64,000 bases of DNA from Phoronis australis (lineage: Eukaryota > Animalia > Phoronida). Location: contig NMRA01000207.1 of the NCBI GenBank assembly GCA_002633005.1, forward strand, positions 457,470 to 521,469, read 5' to 3'. Shown here in pieces: positions 26,078-40,030 of this stretch. A model generated the notes under the pieces. It searched no databases. It was not told the DNA's origin and saw nothing but the letters and a program-made list of their open reading frames with translations. Positions within the stretch are counted from its first letter, which is position 1; each line of letters begins with the position of its first letter. The position numbers and the translations under genes are program-made.

Positions 26078-28074
26078 TCATTTACTGAAAAATTGAAATA
26101 TGACACGGTTAGAATTTTAAAAACATTCAGCTTGGGAAATATTCAAACGAGTGCAAACGAATGACCACTGGGGTGAAGCCAATGTTGATTGCGTAAAGAT
26201 ATTAAAGGGACGTAACGTGGCAAATTGGTAACCCGGCAAATGACATTAACAGTGAAAACAGTTTGAGTGGAATTCTCAGTAAAACAACACTGGGGGTCTA
26301 TTTTGCACTAAAAACTCACATAAAATCATTGAGTAACTAAATATGAAACTACAACGTTCTTGTCTCAATGTTCCTTATCCTCTCAATCCAAAGTAAACCT
26401 TTCTATAAGCGGACATCATGGCAACAGCCATGTTAACATGAGAGACGGTTGTCAAAGTGTCAGTTGTTACGGCGCTATATGCTCGGATTTACATGAGACA
26501 CTTACATGAAGACTGTCTGCACTCGCTCGCATAAGTGAACGTCCAAGCGATGTGGAATGCCAACTGATCAGCCGAATATACATGACCTTTCAAACCGGTG
26601 TCAAAAGTGGCCACCATGGTGCCAACTTGCTCCATGTCAGCTGTGTTTACACACACACTAGTACCAGATCACCTGTTTCCTGTTAGTAGCTCTGTGACAG
26701 ATGTCTCCCATGTAAACGCAACTAAAGTGTCAGTATCACTGTTCAATATCTTTATCTACTTTAACCAAGTCTAACAATAACCAGACATGAACATTTTATG
26801 GATAGTTTTGTAGCTAGGCGATGTCTTGCCATAGGTCACTCATGTATCTTACTGCTGAGAACATTCCTAGAGGCCAGCCACAATAACTGTACTGTCCCAC
26901 ATTGCTTAGCTAATAGACCATAGGATGTTGGTGAGTCTACAAAGTTCATTCTGTAGACAATGACATTTCAAAAAAATTGTAAATGTCAAATTTTATACGA
27001 AAACATTCATCACATAAATAAGAACATTACCACATAATCTTTGCATCAAGAAAAAATTTACACTCAACATCTAATTTTATATTTCAGATTATTTTTGTTC
27101 CATGACTTGTGCTTTTTAAAGCTGAGATAACACAGTAAAAATAGCCATCCAGGGGCATAGCTAGCCAATTCTGTTGACAAGAATGTTGACAGCTTGAAGT
27201 GTTGTTATGGTGGTTCACTTTTTTGACCATGCCACCGGCATTTTTATGATTAATTGAATAAAAAAGCGGAAATATTACTATAGTACTTGAGAGTTTGTAA
27301 CAAAACAGTTTTAAAAGATTAACTAAAAGCTAAAAACCAACATTTTAATTTTTTCATTATTGTCTAAGGCAGACGTGCGCATTTGCAAACTTCCAAATCT
27401 CTTTTAAAGCTACTATTAGAGAAGCCAATCCAGGAAAAAGGAAGGGCGGCGCATCAAACCAGGAAGAGAGAGTAACAAGCCTGTCTGTGGCAACCAACAC
27501 CCGATTGGTCAACAGAATTCTCATGATTATTAAAAGGATAGGATATCATTTCTACACGCTTTATGGTTTCATGAACAGGAAATCCCAGAAGCACAGTCAA
27601 GATTCTCAGTATTCAACAACACAAATTCTTTTTAGCTTATTTGCCGGGAGCAAGAAGATTTGTCAAGTTATCTCATCTACGGTAAAAATTCTCTAATTTG
27701 AGACGTTTTCTGAAATTAGGGAAACTGAAAGTCAAGATGAAATTGAGTTTTTTTGATTCTTGAAATTGAGACAATAGCGTTTGCCATATTTCTCACTGTA
27801 TTCTGTAACAGCAAAGTTGGAGATAAACTCCTCGAAAATTGCTGCCAGGAATGCAAAATTTATCTTACTCATGATGGTGATTCTTGAATTTAGGACGGCC
27901 AACATTCTAAAATTTAGAGAAATTTCACCAGACTACCACTATGATGATCTCCACAAGTAACCATAGCAGCTCACAACATTTGAGCTGAAGATGATCCCAG
28001 GTGATAGAAAGTGAAAAAATCAATTCTTCCAGGCGAGAAATACCAAGTCACTGCAATTTTACAGAAGCCTACCC

Positions 28075-29502
28075 CACGGGTGAGAAACAACATGGTAGCC
28101 GGTTCTCTAAATCGGATTGACTCACCCAAAACAGGAACTCCGGGGATCAAATGGGACCGTCGCACCAGAAAATGGGACTGACACACCTAAAAACATGACA
28201 GCCCCACCAGAAATCAGAACCGCTGGGCACTGAACATGACTACCGGACAATACATGTATGTAGTTATCAATGTCTTTGTATGATACTGCTTGTGATTACG
28301 TAACCGGTCAACTAGCTGTATAAAGACTCGCCAAAATAAAGCTTGGTAGCACTGCGTTATTGAGCTCCGTTACATCCCCGAAATTTCCCACAGCCTGGGT
28401 ATAGTTCTGCTCGTCACCTCATCGTGAAACTTATATCAACATGTAGAGCTAGCGAGCAGAGCAGACGCATGCAAAATCTAGGAGTCAATCAACACTCACC
28501 TTGCAGGTTGCAGCCGCTTGAGTGAGAAACAATCTAATGAACGTCATTTGTTTGCCTAATGTAACAAAAAGTCTGTCGCGCTCGTGACATGAGCAAGCGA
28601 CATGTCCTAAAATTTTGCGACATCTTTCGGAAGATGATGACTCAACTTCGTAGCAGCACGATTTGTTCTGAAATTCGATTTGTATACTAAACACTTATGA
28701 CGAAATGAAACCAATTCCAATAATTTGTTGTGCCATGTACGCAACCTCGTAGAAGAGCTGACTGAACGGTGAAAAAATTAAGGAACTGGTCAATGTAAGC
28801 CAACCTAAACGAACGCATCTCAATTTTAGCAGCAGAATAACGACAGAACGACAATTTTTCCCAGCGAGTGCCGATAAATAATTTAGGTTACTCAAGGAAG
28901 AGTGTCATTAATAACACAAATTCGGTGAAGATTTTATATGTTCAGTGTTTTACACACATCGGCGCCAAGCTGTATATTTAGTATACTGCTTTGCCGCACA
29001 AAGGCTAGTTATGATGCTTCACCCGAGAACCAGAACGCCCGTTTTTTTGTTTTTTTTCTAGACTAACACGTCAAATTGGAGAAAACGATTTTCATTTTGT
29101 TCTTAAACTTACGCAGTGGATAAAGTTATAAGATTATTTAGCTCATAAGCATGCAACGTGGTTGGTTTGTGGTTAAAACTCAAAGCGAAGTGTCCTGTAG
29201 CGCACAAAAGATTTCGGTGGATTAATCGGCACAAGACCTGCCTATGCATACGTATATAGCTCCATTGTATGATCTGTGTAGGCCTATCGGTAATAATTCC
29301 TAACTTGTTTGTCACTGCGGTTTCAATCCCTGGCGGTCATGTTCATTCCCCGGCGGTCCCATTTTCTGGTAGGGCGGTCATGTTTTTAGGTGCGTCAGTC
29401 CCTTTTTCTGGTGCGACGGTCCCATTTGATCCCTGGAGGTCCCGTTTTGGGTGAGTCGGTCCGATTTAAGAGGACCGGCGGTCATGTTGTTTCTCACCCG
29501 TG
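28075..29502. mobile_element. Non-autonomous TIR transposon with CAC...GTG ends and ~170-bp TIRs (Transib/CMC-Chapaev-like)
   Basis: CACGGGTGAGAAACAACATG... / ...CATGTTGTTTCTCACCCGTG; flanks TACCC / TATCC. Confidence 0.85.
28259..28441 (+). mobile_element. Short solo LTR nested in the TIR element
   Basis: TGTAG...CAACA termini, 4-bp TSD TGTA on both sides, TATAAA at 28319 and AATAAA at 28335. Confidence 0.6.
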
Positions 29503-31609
29503 TATCCTAATGTAAAGATTCCTTTAAGAATCATTTCGTGCCATAAGCTGGCTGAAAAACAATAATCGAATTAAGCCTGTTACTTTCGTAAAATCAGTCC
29601 GACTCATATTATTCATGACCAAGGCATTTCCTTTACCAACTCGAATCCAAAAGACTCACAGAAACACTTCAGAGTATCATGACACTTGGTTTTTAAATTT
29701 TATTATCTACAGGTCATTAGTAATTGTCACTTGAATAATGTCTAAAATGACTTGAAGCTACAAGTAAACTCAAACATAACAGTCATTGGGACCTTTCTCA
29801 CACATTTAGCATGGCCAACTAACATTCTTTATCGACCACAACAATTTTTTAGACTTAATCTGACAGGTGATTTAGACCAGTCTGAATTTAGTAGGCTTAA
29901 AGCAAGCGGACCAAAGGTGGTCCGACTACGTTAATGCAATGCGAAAGTTTGGGTACAGACTATTTTGCTCTTAAATTATTTCCCCACTTCAGATTTAAGT
30001 GCCGAGTTATCCCCGCCATTTCACACACTCTCAATGTTGTTGCCTGTAAACTCATTACTCAATGTACAATTTTAAACTTGAAGGTGTCTCCCAATAAGAA
30101 TAGGAGGGACGACTGGTTGTCAGATCTGTATTGCAGAACAGCATAGCGACATCTTGAGTTTAATACGACGAATGTTTAAAGTTAAGACGGGAGAATACTT
30201 CTTACAGCCAAGTGGGAAAAGTGCAAATTTGGCAGAGTGTATTATGACACTGAATAAAATATGTTAAGTCCGCAAACTAGTCCAGACTAACTCTAACCTG
30301 AAAGCAGCTGTATGGCACCAGATTAAACACACCTCACTGTTTTAATTCAGACATTAAATGAATGACAGTAACTAACCTACTGAGTGCAGTGTGGAGAGAA
30401 TACAAAGATGCTTGTCTCAAGGAACTGTCTGTGCAAAAAGCAAACATTACCCCCTATCACGAATATCACACAGTTTTAATTATATTTACTTAAAAGTGTT
30501 TCATGACTTTTGAAAGCACAGCGTGAACTAGTTCTTTGTAAGGTTTTGAAAGAACTAATCAGCCAAATACCAACAAAACAAATACCATGTACAAAACTAT
30601 ACAATTTTACTCAGAAGAGTTACCTGACAGTTAAAAGGCCTGCAGAATTTGATTTTTGAGTTTATAACAATCTGGCATCAATTGGGTCACGTGACCATGT
30701 CTTTTTGCAAAATTCTGCAAAACAGAAATTAACATCCAAAACAGAAACGTGGTATCAATTACATAGATAAATTTCGTTTGATAAAAATGTTCAAGGTGAA
30801 ATCTCAGAAACGCTGTTACAATTTTTCAATTACTTGATTTTCGGTTCATGCCACATTTTGAGTTTTCATCAAAAATTATAATAGACCTATTTTTGAATGA
30901 CCGTCATGCAAAACATTTTAAAAATTTCTTAAAAACATTTTGAAGAACTGGAAGTTTCATATACATAAATATGGTTGATGCCATTTCTGAAATCGATGTT
31001 GTGAAATGCGCCAGTCAAATGTGCAGCAGGAGCTTTACAAATGTCCACATTTGCCAATTTTCTTAATACAGATCATTTGAGCAGTTTTACAGATCATAGA
31101 GAGGCTGACACAAAGAAATAGAGTACCAAATGATGAGAATGGTGACTAGGTGGTGAAGAATACGCCTTATCCATTCAAAAATAAAAGGACGTCATCTCTC
31201 AGTGATAGAAACTTGTTTGACAAATTTCATCAATTTTGTCAAGGAGCTATGATTATACACAGGCAAGCAAAAAAGACAAATTTCATGAAAATCCATCAAC
31301 AATCTTTGAAGGTAAAATTGCCCATAGGGTGCACAGAAGTAGTCATATTAGTCCAAAACTTGTGATCATCTGTCATCAGTTTCATAACAACACTTCTTCC
31401 AAACCTCCATAAGATACTGCTTGGGGTTTTAGGACTTAGTGCAATGGACGCCCTGAGACAGAAATGACGGCAACATGCACCATACATGTATAATTTGTTG
31501 ATACATAATACACGGGGAGTGGAAACCAAACATTACTTAACATCACAAAAAAGCTGAACTCCAACCACACTCAAGTCGTATTTTCACCACAGAAATTTTA
31601 GTGTAAGAG

Positions 31610-31759
31610 CAGTGCTGTAATGGGGCGTGGGGCCCACGTAGGCGCAGCCTGGCATTTGAACGTAGCGCCTACGCACCGTAAGTTACGTTCAGTGCTCAAG
31701 GTGATACGGTGGGCTTTGGGCGTCTACTTACCTCTAATTTCACCATGACTACAGCTCTG
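31610..31759. mobile_element. 150-bp hAT-like MITE
   Basis: TIR CAGTGCTGTAAT / ACTACAGCTCTG; 8-bp flanks TGTAAGAG / TGTAAGTG. Confidence 0.7.
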
Positions 31760-33609
31760 TGTAAGTGAAGCAATTTTTACATAAGTGTTCTCATTTCGGT
31801 CGCTTGCACTAAAAAATTGTCTTTAGTGTCCAAGTGTGGCTGGACTTCAGTTACTAAGACAAGGTTTTTTGAGCGTAGCAAGGGTTTTTCAGACATGCAA
31901 GATTAGTCTCCACCAATATGTGTACAGTCAAATAGTCAGGAGCATCGACCCTTCCACAACTTAAGATAGCACTGTTCAAAACTAGTTCTAAAAGCAATTG
32001 GAAACCATGAGGCCTGAAAAATGAAATGACCCCAGTAGCAAAGTTCACACAATGCATGATGATTGAGTTTTGGAAAAAAACCTTCAATGGCTGACAGTTA
32101 CCTCTAATTTGGCTGAATCTGTCTCAGGATTTTGCTTTAAGTGATTATTTAACCTGCATACACAGTCAACTGGCTGACAAAAGGCCAGTACCCTCTAAGT
32201 TATTGTGTCATCTTATCAGCCCTAGTCATGTATAAATAGCCATTTATTTGCTCAGCTACCAACTCAGTTTTAAAATAGCCTCAAAATCTATCTGAAAAGC
32301 AAATACAACTGACTGGTTTGCTTAGGCTGCAGAATTAAGCTTGTTATTTTAATTCCACAGACCACTTCTTCAAACATAAAAGCACAGGTCAGAGTTTCCT
32401 CATTTCAAACAATAGTCCTACATATATTAAGTCATCACTTGACATTTATCTAGCATTATTTGTTTGACCACCAAGGTTTGCATGTAGATACATTTTAATA
32501 TAAAGGCGTTTTTCTGTTACAGAGTTTCAGAGTTACAAAAGAATGTTTTGGAGAAGAGCTACAAGTGCATCTGATGACTTTAAACACTTCAGTCCCGTTT
32601 AGACATCAACTTTTGGCCCGGCGCAACTGACACGGAACAAATTGACCCGTGTCAAGCAGCCATTTACACACACAACTCACTAACTGTGGCAAGACGGAAA
32701 TTAAAGGCTGGAGAGACTCATCGCACATGCGCAGGTTTACAAATGACGAGAGTTGCAGAGTCAAAGAACCTGTGCGTAGGTTATTGCACAAGCGCAGTAC
32801 AGATGATCCTTTCCGCCTTGCTCCAGTTTCGCATTTAGACTTATGGCGTAAGATGTTCGGGCGCAAATTACTCTACCTCACAAACGGGTGGCAAAAATTT
32901 GTCACCGCATTGTCACTTCGCTCCGTGTCAGTCCGTTTGAAGTAAAATTACTGACACACAAAACAACAAGGGAAATATTTTAAAGATTGGCTTAGCTACA
33001 CGGAGCCTGATCTGTTTGGACACACTGCATGTTACTGTCATTATGCTAATTTGCAAATCACCAGCACGTTTTAAACATATCCACAACTTAAAATGTTGAA
33101 GTTTGTCCTTCTTCATTTTTCAAAAGCTTTGAAGTTGTTGTGAATGCCTACGAGTTACAAACCATCATCTGATATTTGAGCTAACTTAAAATTAATTCAT
33201 TTATTTGATTTAAACTTATGAAAAAAATTAAATTGTCTACCATTTTTGTTCCAAATTTAATGTATGACTGTAGTCAGTTTCCCAGCCCAACCTAAACATC
33301 TTGCTTCAATCTGTTCAAATATTTCTTATCTTTGGTAGGAATGTTACAACTCTCAACCGCCAGTTGAGTTGCTGAGGAGAGCACATTAGTTGAATTGATC
33401 CAGCATTTATCAGTCAATATGCATTTAGAAACAGAAGAAAATAAGATATCAAATAGACTACATATATCACTAACCCGCACTTTTTACCGATCACGTGCAA
33501 CAAAATATTACACTATGGTTACATAGGACAAGGCAGTAGACGTCTGTGCTTTGCATTAAGCGGCATCTTGCAAAATCATACGAAACGTTGCCTTTTGCGA
33601 GTTTCTTGT

Positions 33610-33960
33610 GTGAATGCCGATATATTGCGGTGCATCGTTCTCGCTTGTCCGAACTATGAAGCTGCGAAGAAAGCGGGTACATCATTTTTTGGACTTCCTC
33701 GAGAGCCCGAAGTGCTTAGGAAGTGGCTCGCAGTAGTGAAGAATGAAAGGTACGCTGTTATGAGGCTGTGAAACATCTCCGCGTCTGTGGCCGTCATTTC
33801 ATCGACAATAATTTCTCTGACGATTTTCGGCTTACCAAAAGAACTATCCAAACGTTCCGTTGCCTGTGCATGTTCACGACGCCTCTCTAGTATTTCTTGG
33901 TCAGTGTATTCCGGTTCGAACTGATAGCCTGTGAAACCTAACGATCCGACCCGTCAAGTC
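33610..33960. pseudogene. Transposon-derived remnant: THAP-domain N-terminus (+) overlapping an antisense YQFEPE ORF (-), Kolobok-like
   Basis: + strand RCIVLACPN..GTSFFGLPREPEVLRKWLAVV (THAP C-x4-C..FP..W pattern); - strand GYQFEPEYTDQEILERRR. Confidence 0.6.
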
Positions 33961-35964
33961 TTCGTCGGATGAGCTCTTGACTAAGTCGGGATTGGCACCG
34001 GGCGAGTTGCCAAGAAGACGTTTATTATTCTGCGTTCTGTTTCAAAATGAATTATTCTCATCCTAACCAATGCTTATATGAAACTGAAACAAAGTCTGTT
34101 TCATTTGATACAATTTGTAATGCCTTGGAGTACTCATGAGTGGAAATGTTTTGAGAAGCCACCAATGAATCCTGTGTTACCTGCTTTTGATGCTGGCAAC
34201 AAAGGTAATTGACCAGGCACCGAGACCGTGTGAACGCATGCTAATTCAGTGTTTGCTGACAGAAAGCTGTTTTGAAACAATTACTTGCTTTTATAAGCTA
34301 TGGTCACATGTTAGGGGAATCTTTATTTAGAAATACAAATCCATTATTCCAATCATTGTTACTGTACAGCCTTTGCCCTGATGGTCTGTGGAAGGGGAAC
34401 CCGACTTCGCGAGGCCCCCGACAAGTAAGTAGATTTTCAGTTTCGTGGCTAATTCACATAAATAATTGCGTACACATTATTTCTTTGGCTCATTATTTTA
34501 TAGTCTGTTCGTGACTGGAGGTTTAGTTTCTAACTCAAGCTGGCTTATGTTCGTGCCAGTCCTGGCGGCTGCGATGGCCTGATCGGGTTCCGAGCCACTG
34601 GCCGGGATACGATTCCAGTTCGGCTGCAACGACGCTGGGTTAGTGATCGGGGTCCGAGTCACTGTCCTGGATAATAAGCATTTAAAAATCACAAGTATAA
34701 ACAACACAGATCTAGGTTCTCTTGTCTGTATTTCACGGAAAAATACTTCGAATTTATCTCCGAACAGACCTCAAACTCCTGCTAAGGACCTTGGTAAATT
34801 GGCCTGCCGAACTTTGTAGGCTACGGTGTGTCCAAATACCAGTAAATCCACAACAGCGAAATAAAACAACACGCTTTTATAAGAACTCGGTGTATTTTTA
34901 TGGGTTTTACATCGAAGTTTGATGATTTGTTGGTGTTAAATGATGAATTCAAGCGATAAGTTGACACCACTAACCAGTGTTGTGAACTGCTGGACAGGCT
35001 GCGTGTGAAACCAATTACGTCATTGGATAATTTCAACACCTCCATCTGCCGTCAGGTGTCAGGTAACGCAACCAAACGTGTCACTTTCGAGTAGCACTAC
35101 TAGTATGCAAGACAAAACACCTGTCCAACATTTAATAATGGACTAGATTGATTTCTGGATTTGGATTTAGGAGTTCACCTTGAACCTGTTGGCTGTGTCA
35201 ACAGGAATTAATAACATGAAATAAGTCAATTTCATTTCATGCATTAGTGAATACACTGGTACCAGCATATGTCATCATTTTTTTTGTATAAATTTAGCCT
35301 AATTATCAACTGCGGGGTTAAGAATTTTGACCCAAATTTTGCAATTTCAACCTGAATTGATGATTCATTTCATGGTTTAAGGAAAAATTCGTTACTTAAT
35401 TATCAAGAAATTATAAATTTTACAACTGCGATCAAGAAACCCGCAACAAAATTTTGAGAATTTTCAAAAATGCAAGAAGTTTGAAATCCAGGAGACTTTT
35501 TTTGCTTGTGGATGTGATCAATTAAGTTTAAGCTAGGAAAATCACACCCCACTAACAGTCTCAAAGATACTTACTTTATCACTAGTAGTAAAGATCTGAG
35601 CAAGCTAATTGATGGCGTTACTCTACTAATCAATAAAAATAACCATTTTATGCAACACTCTTACGGGGTTGGATAGAATTCTCACTTTTAGAGCTGATAC
35701 AACCACTGGAGTTTAGACCGTCCATGCAAGTCATTTTTCTACAACAATTTGTAAATAATATAAACTGCAATTGCAATTTGTTTAGTTCCAGATATTTTTG
35801 AGACCCCACTGAATATTTGTTTCGCCTGATCGACAAACTGCCCACTAGTTCCAAAAGCCTCATGCCTCTTGAAATTGTAGGAACTGCTATTACACCAACT
35901 GCTAGAATGAAACAAAACTTAGACTTGTACAAGACTTTCGAATTTAATGACCAAATTCAATATA

Positions 35965-37424
35965 CCGTTTTCGCCGTAATAAGTGCCCATGCCCCTATAA
36001 GCGCCCCCCGCGCATTTTCAGACTTTGCTAAAATAAGCGCCCAGTCCATGAACACCGTGTACATGCGGAAAATGTCTTTCCTTAAAAGTTCTAAAATTCT
36101 ACAGTAACGTCTTCAATTTATCAATAAGATCCGAAAGTCCTGAAAAAAATCATTGTACACGGAATTTGAACCCCACGAGCCTTGCCGCTATGTCGGTATT
36201 TAGCCCTGACTACACACTTCAAACTTCCGCCATGCTTCAAAAAGAATGCAAAAGTTTTGCTTATCTTGCGAGGGACGTGTCCTATTATGGTATGGCCTTT
36301 CAGAACAGATGCAGCGTACTTGTCAAAGGGATTGTATGATATCTTTCCCGTGCAGATCTTCTCCCTCAACAGGAATCCAAATTTCCTTGTATACGTGAAA
36401 ACCGCAAATCGAAGACTAATAAAAACTTGACCTTTTTTAAAAGCACGTGGCCAGGAAGCGCGTGCTACATACAAGTACCTGTCATCGAAGATTAGTCTTT
36501 GGAAACTATCTATTCATGAAACGGGTAGAATAGCATCGGCAAGAAATAAATACTGGCACTAAATTATTTCCGAAAGTTTTTAATACCGTAAAAAACAATT
36601 GCATTATTTTTAGGAGGAATTATTAAATGAATTGTAATTAGTGTTTTTAAAGTCAACATGATCCACTGATAGTGAACACTTCCGCACCCTTACACCCCGA
36701 ATCTCCCGAAAAATAACTGCTAGACTGCCACACATTCATTCACCGGGACGACTCAATATCCGCCTTATGAGACAATTCTCGAACATTTTTTTAGCAGATG
36801 AGATCAACAAGGGCTAAATGAAACATGTTCTGCTTTACTGCTTGTGGTAATTTCTTTAGTTGCACACCTAGATCGTTACATCGCGTTTACTCTGGCAAAT
36901 TAACTGTGATGACGCACATGCGCTCACTCACTCACACAATACGCAGATGAACTTCAAAACTAATGTCATGTAAAAAACATATGTTCGTACAGACATTTTT
37001 CTCGTGTTGCGGGATACGATCTAGCACAGATTTGGACTTAATATGCAGTTAATCCCGACTCCACAGGAACTTAAAAATCTTAGGGACGCTATTTTGAAAA
37101 CTTAAGGAAGACTCCAGGTCATTTGTTGAATTGCAAGTTGACCTATCGGCGATCGCGAGGCAGAGACGCATCAGTCGGTGAGTTTTCGCACTGGGATTTT
37201 CTGAAAAATGCTTGTCATTTAACTACAACATTTGATAGCAATGCACTGCAATTTTGTAGAAATTCTGTCATAGGTTACAGAGCGTAAATTTGATGAATTC
37301 TAACCTACGATTTCACTTGTTTCGGAGATCGGGTTTCGAACACTTTGGGTTATAATAAATGCCACCCCCTTCCTGAAGCGAATTTTTCTAAGAGCGTCCT
37401 GGGCACTTATTAGGGCAAGCCCGG
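35965..37424. mobile_element. TA-flanked TIR transposon (Tc1/mariner-pogo-like) carrying a HIRAN-like remnant
   Basis: TIR CCGTTTTCGCCGTAATAAGTGCCCA vs CCGGGCTTGCCCTAATAAGTGCCCA (20/25); TA on both flanks. Confidence 0.7.
36140..36420 (-). pseudogene. Frameshifted HIRAN-like domain ORF
   Basis: SSICGFHVYKEIWIPVEGEDL, then a frameshift to NPFDKYAASVLKGHTIIGHVPRKISKTFAFFLKHGGSLKCVV..GVQIPC. Confidence 0.7.
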
Positions 37425-39496
37425 TAACACTTGAACATGTTTAGCCATTTAAAAATTATTAGGCACACTCTTAGCTTTTTGCTATAACCTTCACTTGACC
37501 AAATTTCAGAGAACTTTTATCATAGCATGCTTATGTTTTTTACAATTAGACTTATGACAAAAAGATAGATCATGCAGTAATAGCTCCCTCTGGTGTTTTA
37601 TTACCTGACCCATTATATACTTCCGGTGGTCTCTCGCAGACGCTGCTACGAGGCATGAAAAGACAAAAAAGAAAGTGCATTTAAGACAGGTGTTTTTGAC
37701 AACCAAAACAATCATCGAGTCCAGTCATGAACAGGCTGTAAACCCCTTTGGACATCTAAAATTAACTTTTGATTTTAGAAAAATTCCTTTAGTGGTGTAA
37801 AAGTGGCAACAACTTGTTCCTTACTCAGATGAGCAATGATTTCTGGGATTTGGAAGAAATGGTAATTCAGAAGCGCTTGACTCTAAGTTCGCCCAACAAA
37901 ATGACGTGACTTGATAAGCCAATTTATGGAGCCTGATCTCAACCAATAACCAACTGTCGGGAATCTCTAATCTCAGTGAACGGGCAAGTTAAAACCAGAT
38001 CCATAATAATAAGTATCCTAAATCAAAGGTTATTACTTTAATAAAAGCCATGGTTATAACCACTTTAATCATCCTCAGAAAAGAATGAGGTTTAACTGGG
38101 ACTTAAATATAGACACTAAAATTATAAAATCGTTTACAGAAGTGCATTAACCTTGAATGTAGAAAGCAGGATTAAATAGCAGGCTATGTGCTACCTTAAG
38201 ACTAACATCAAAATATAGCTACGAGTAGAAAAATACAGCATAGACCTAAAAATTAGACATCACGACACCACCTGGGTAGTTCTGTTGGTCACCATGTCAT
38301 CAAAATTATATCAAAAAGTAGTTTTTCACAGGCAGGGGTGCCTGCAAAAATCTGTGAGTTAAGTGACAATCATCTTGTCTGTTACAGCTGATATAACGTG
38401 GTCGTATTTTGAGAACCAGTTGATGGCCGTTATTCAGAGGAGAAAATTGATTCTCAAAATGTAGGCACGTACCGCCATTTAAGTGAAAAACAATCTAGTA
38501 ACCACATTTTCTTGCAAACCAGGCGTGTTGGTTTACGACTGCAATTATGTCATCCAGCACATTCAGCCAAGCCCATGATTAGCGACTAGCTCACTTCAAT
38601 CCGTAACGGTGCCATAAAGCCTTTGATGTGCTGAGGACGTCGCTGGATGATCTGGGGTAAACAGTGCATGCTTTCTCATCCATTTGCATGCAAATCATGT
38701 TAGCGGAAGATTTGACTAATACGAAAGAAGCTAGTGTGATGACTTGCTTTGCTAATTTTATACCCAACGACCGGACGGGGTGGGAGTCAACCAATACTCA
38801 CATTCCTGTAAAAGCTATGTGTAAGTAATCCAACAAACAAAATTTTCTTACGCCACTCTCCGATTTCTCCAAAAAATAAAAATCTGACATCTTCTTGCAA
38901 CATATCTTCGATGAAGCAAATTTGCCCAGAAATTCAGTTTGCTAGTAATAAAATACTAAAAACTTATAACAAAGTGAAACCTACAAAAAATTTCCATTTG
39001 GTTTCACCTGTAGACAACAGTGGTTGTGCCTAAAACCAAGTATTTATAAAGTCTTGTCCATTCATTTCAATGCTCCTTTGCCTGTTATAACAATTCACTC
39101 GAAGAACATTTGAGACCATAGTTCAAAGAGTTAACCAAAACCATTTATCAACATAGCCAGAGATATTGTAAACCAATGGTATCTGTTTTTGCATAATTTC
39201 ATTATATTTCTCTGGGTAAAAATAACTTTAACTTAACTTTTTTCAAACATGTCGTGAACACATCCACTAAAACAAGAAACTGTAGGAACACCGCATTTAT
39301 CCACCTTCACTCTTATCAGGCTTCTATTGTGAGTCAGCATGCGTGAATAATTGGCTGATAAGCCACCTCTGGAACTACTTTGGGCTGAATGGATGACCAG
39401 GCCATAAAATGATAATTAGCCAAGACCAGTTACTATAATGCAACAAAGAACAAATAATAATGTCTTGCATCACCTAGCCTTGGTGGAAAGCTGTAT

Positions 39497-40030
39497 ACTG
39501 TATTGGCTCAAACAAACGCTTAGAAAAATTCATTTCACAGGGAGGGGACGCTTATTGTAGTGAGCCTACGGCAGTTGAAACCCGGTTTCCCAAACGGGTA
39601 AAATCGGAAGCTAGGATTCATCAAATTTACGCTCTGTGACGTATTTGTAGCCTATGACAGCCTTTCTACAAAATTGTGGTGCATTGCTATCAACTTCCGT
39701 TGTTAAATTACGATAATTTTTCAAAAAATTGTGCTCATCACAGGGCGAAAACTTGCCGACTGATGCGTCGCTGAATCGCGATCGTCAATAGGAAAACTTG
39801 TACTCTTGAATAAAAATATAGTTTCGACTCGACAAATTACCTGAAATCTTCCTGATGTTTTACAATTTTTAAAGTTCCTGTGGAGTCCAGATTAATTGCG
39901 ATTAAGTCCAAATGTGCGCTACATCGTACTCCACAACACGAGAAAAATCTCTGGATGAACACACATGTTGTTGTAACGTGACGTTTGTTTTGAAGGTCGT
40001 CTACGTATGAGAGTGAGTGAGAGTGCGTGT
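39497..40030. mobile_element. Inverted, diverged relative of the right arm of the 35965-37424 element
   Basis: Shares (as reverse complement) CTTAGAAAAATTC, ATTCATCAAATTTACGCTCTGT, TTCTACAAAATTG, CCGACTGATGCGTC, AAGTTCCTGTGGAGTC and TTAAGTCCAAAT. Confidence 0.75.
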
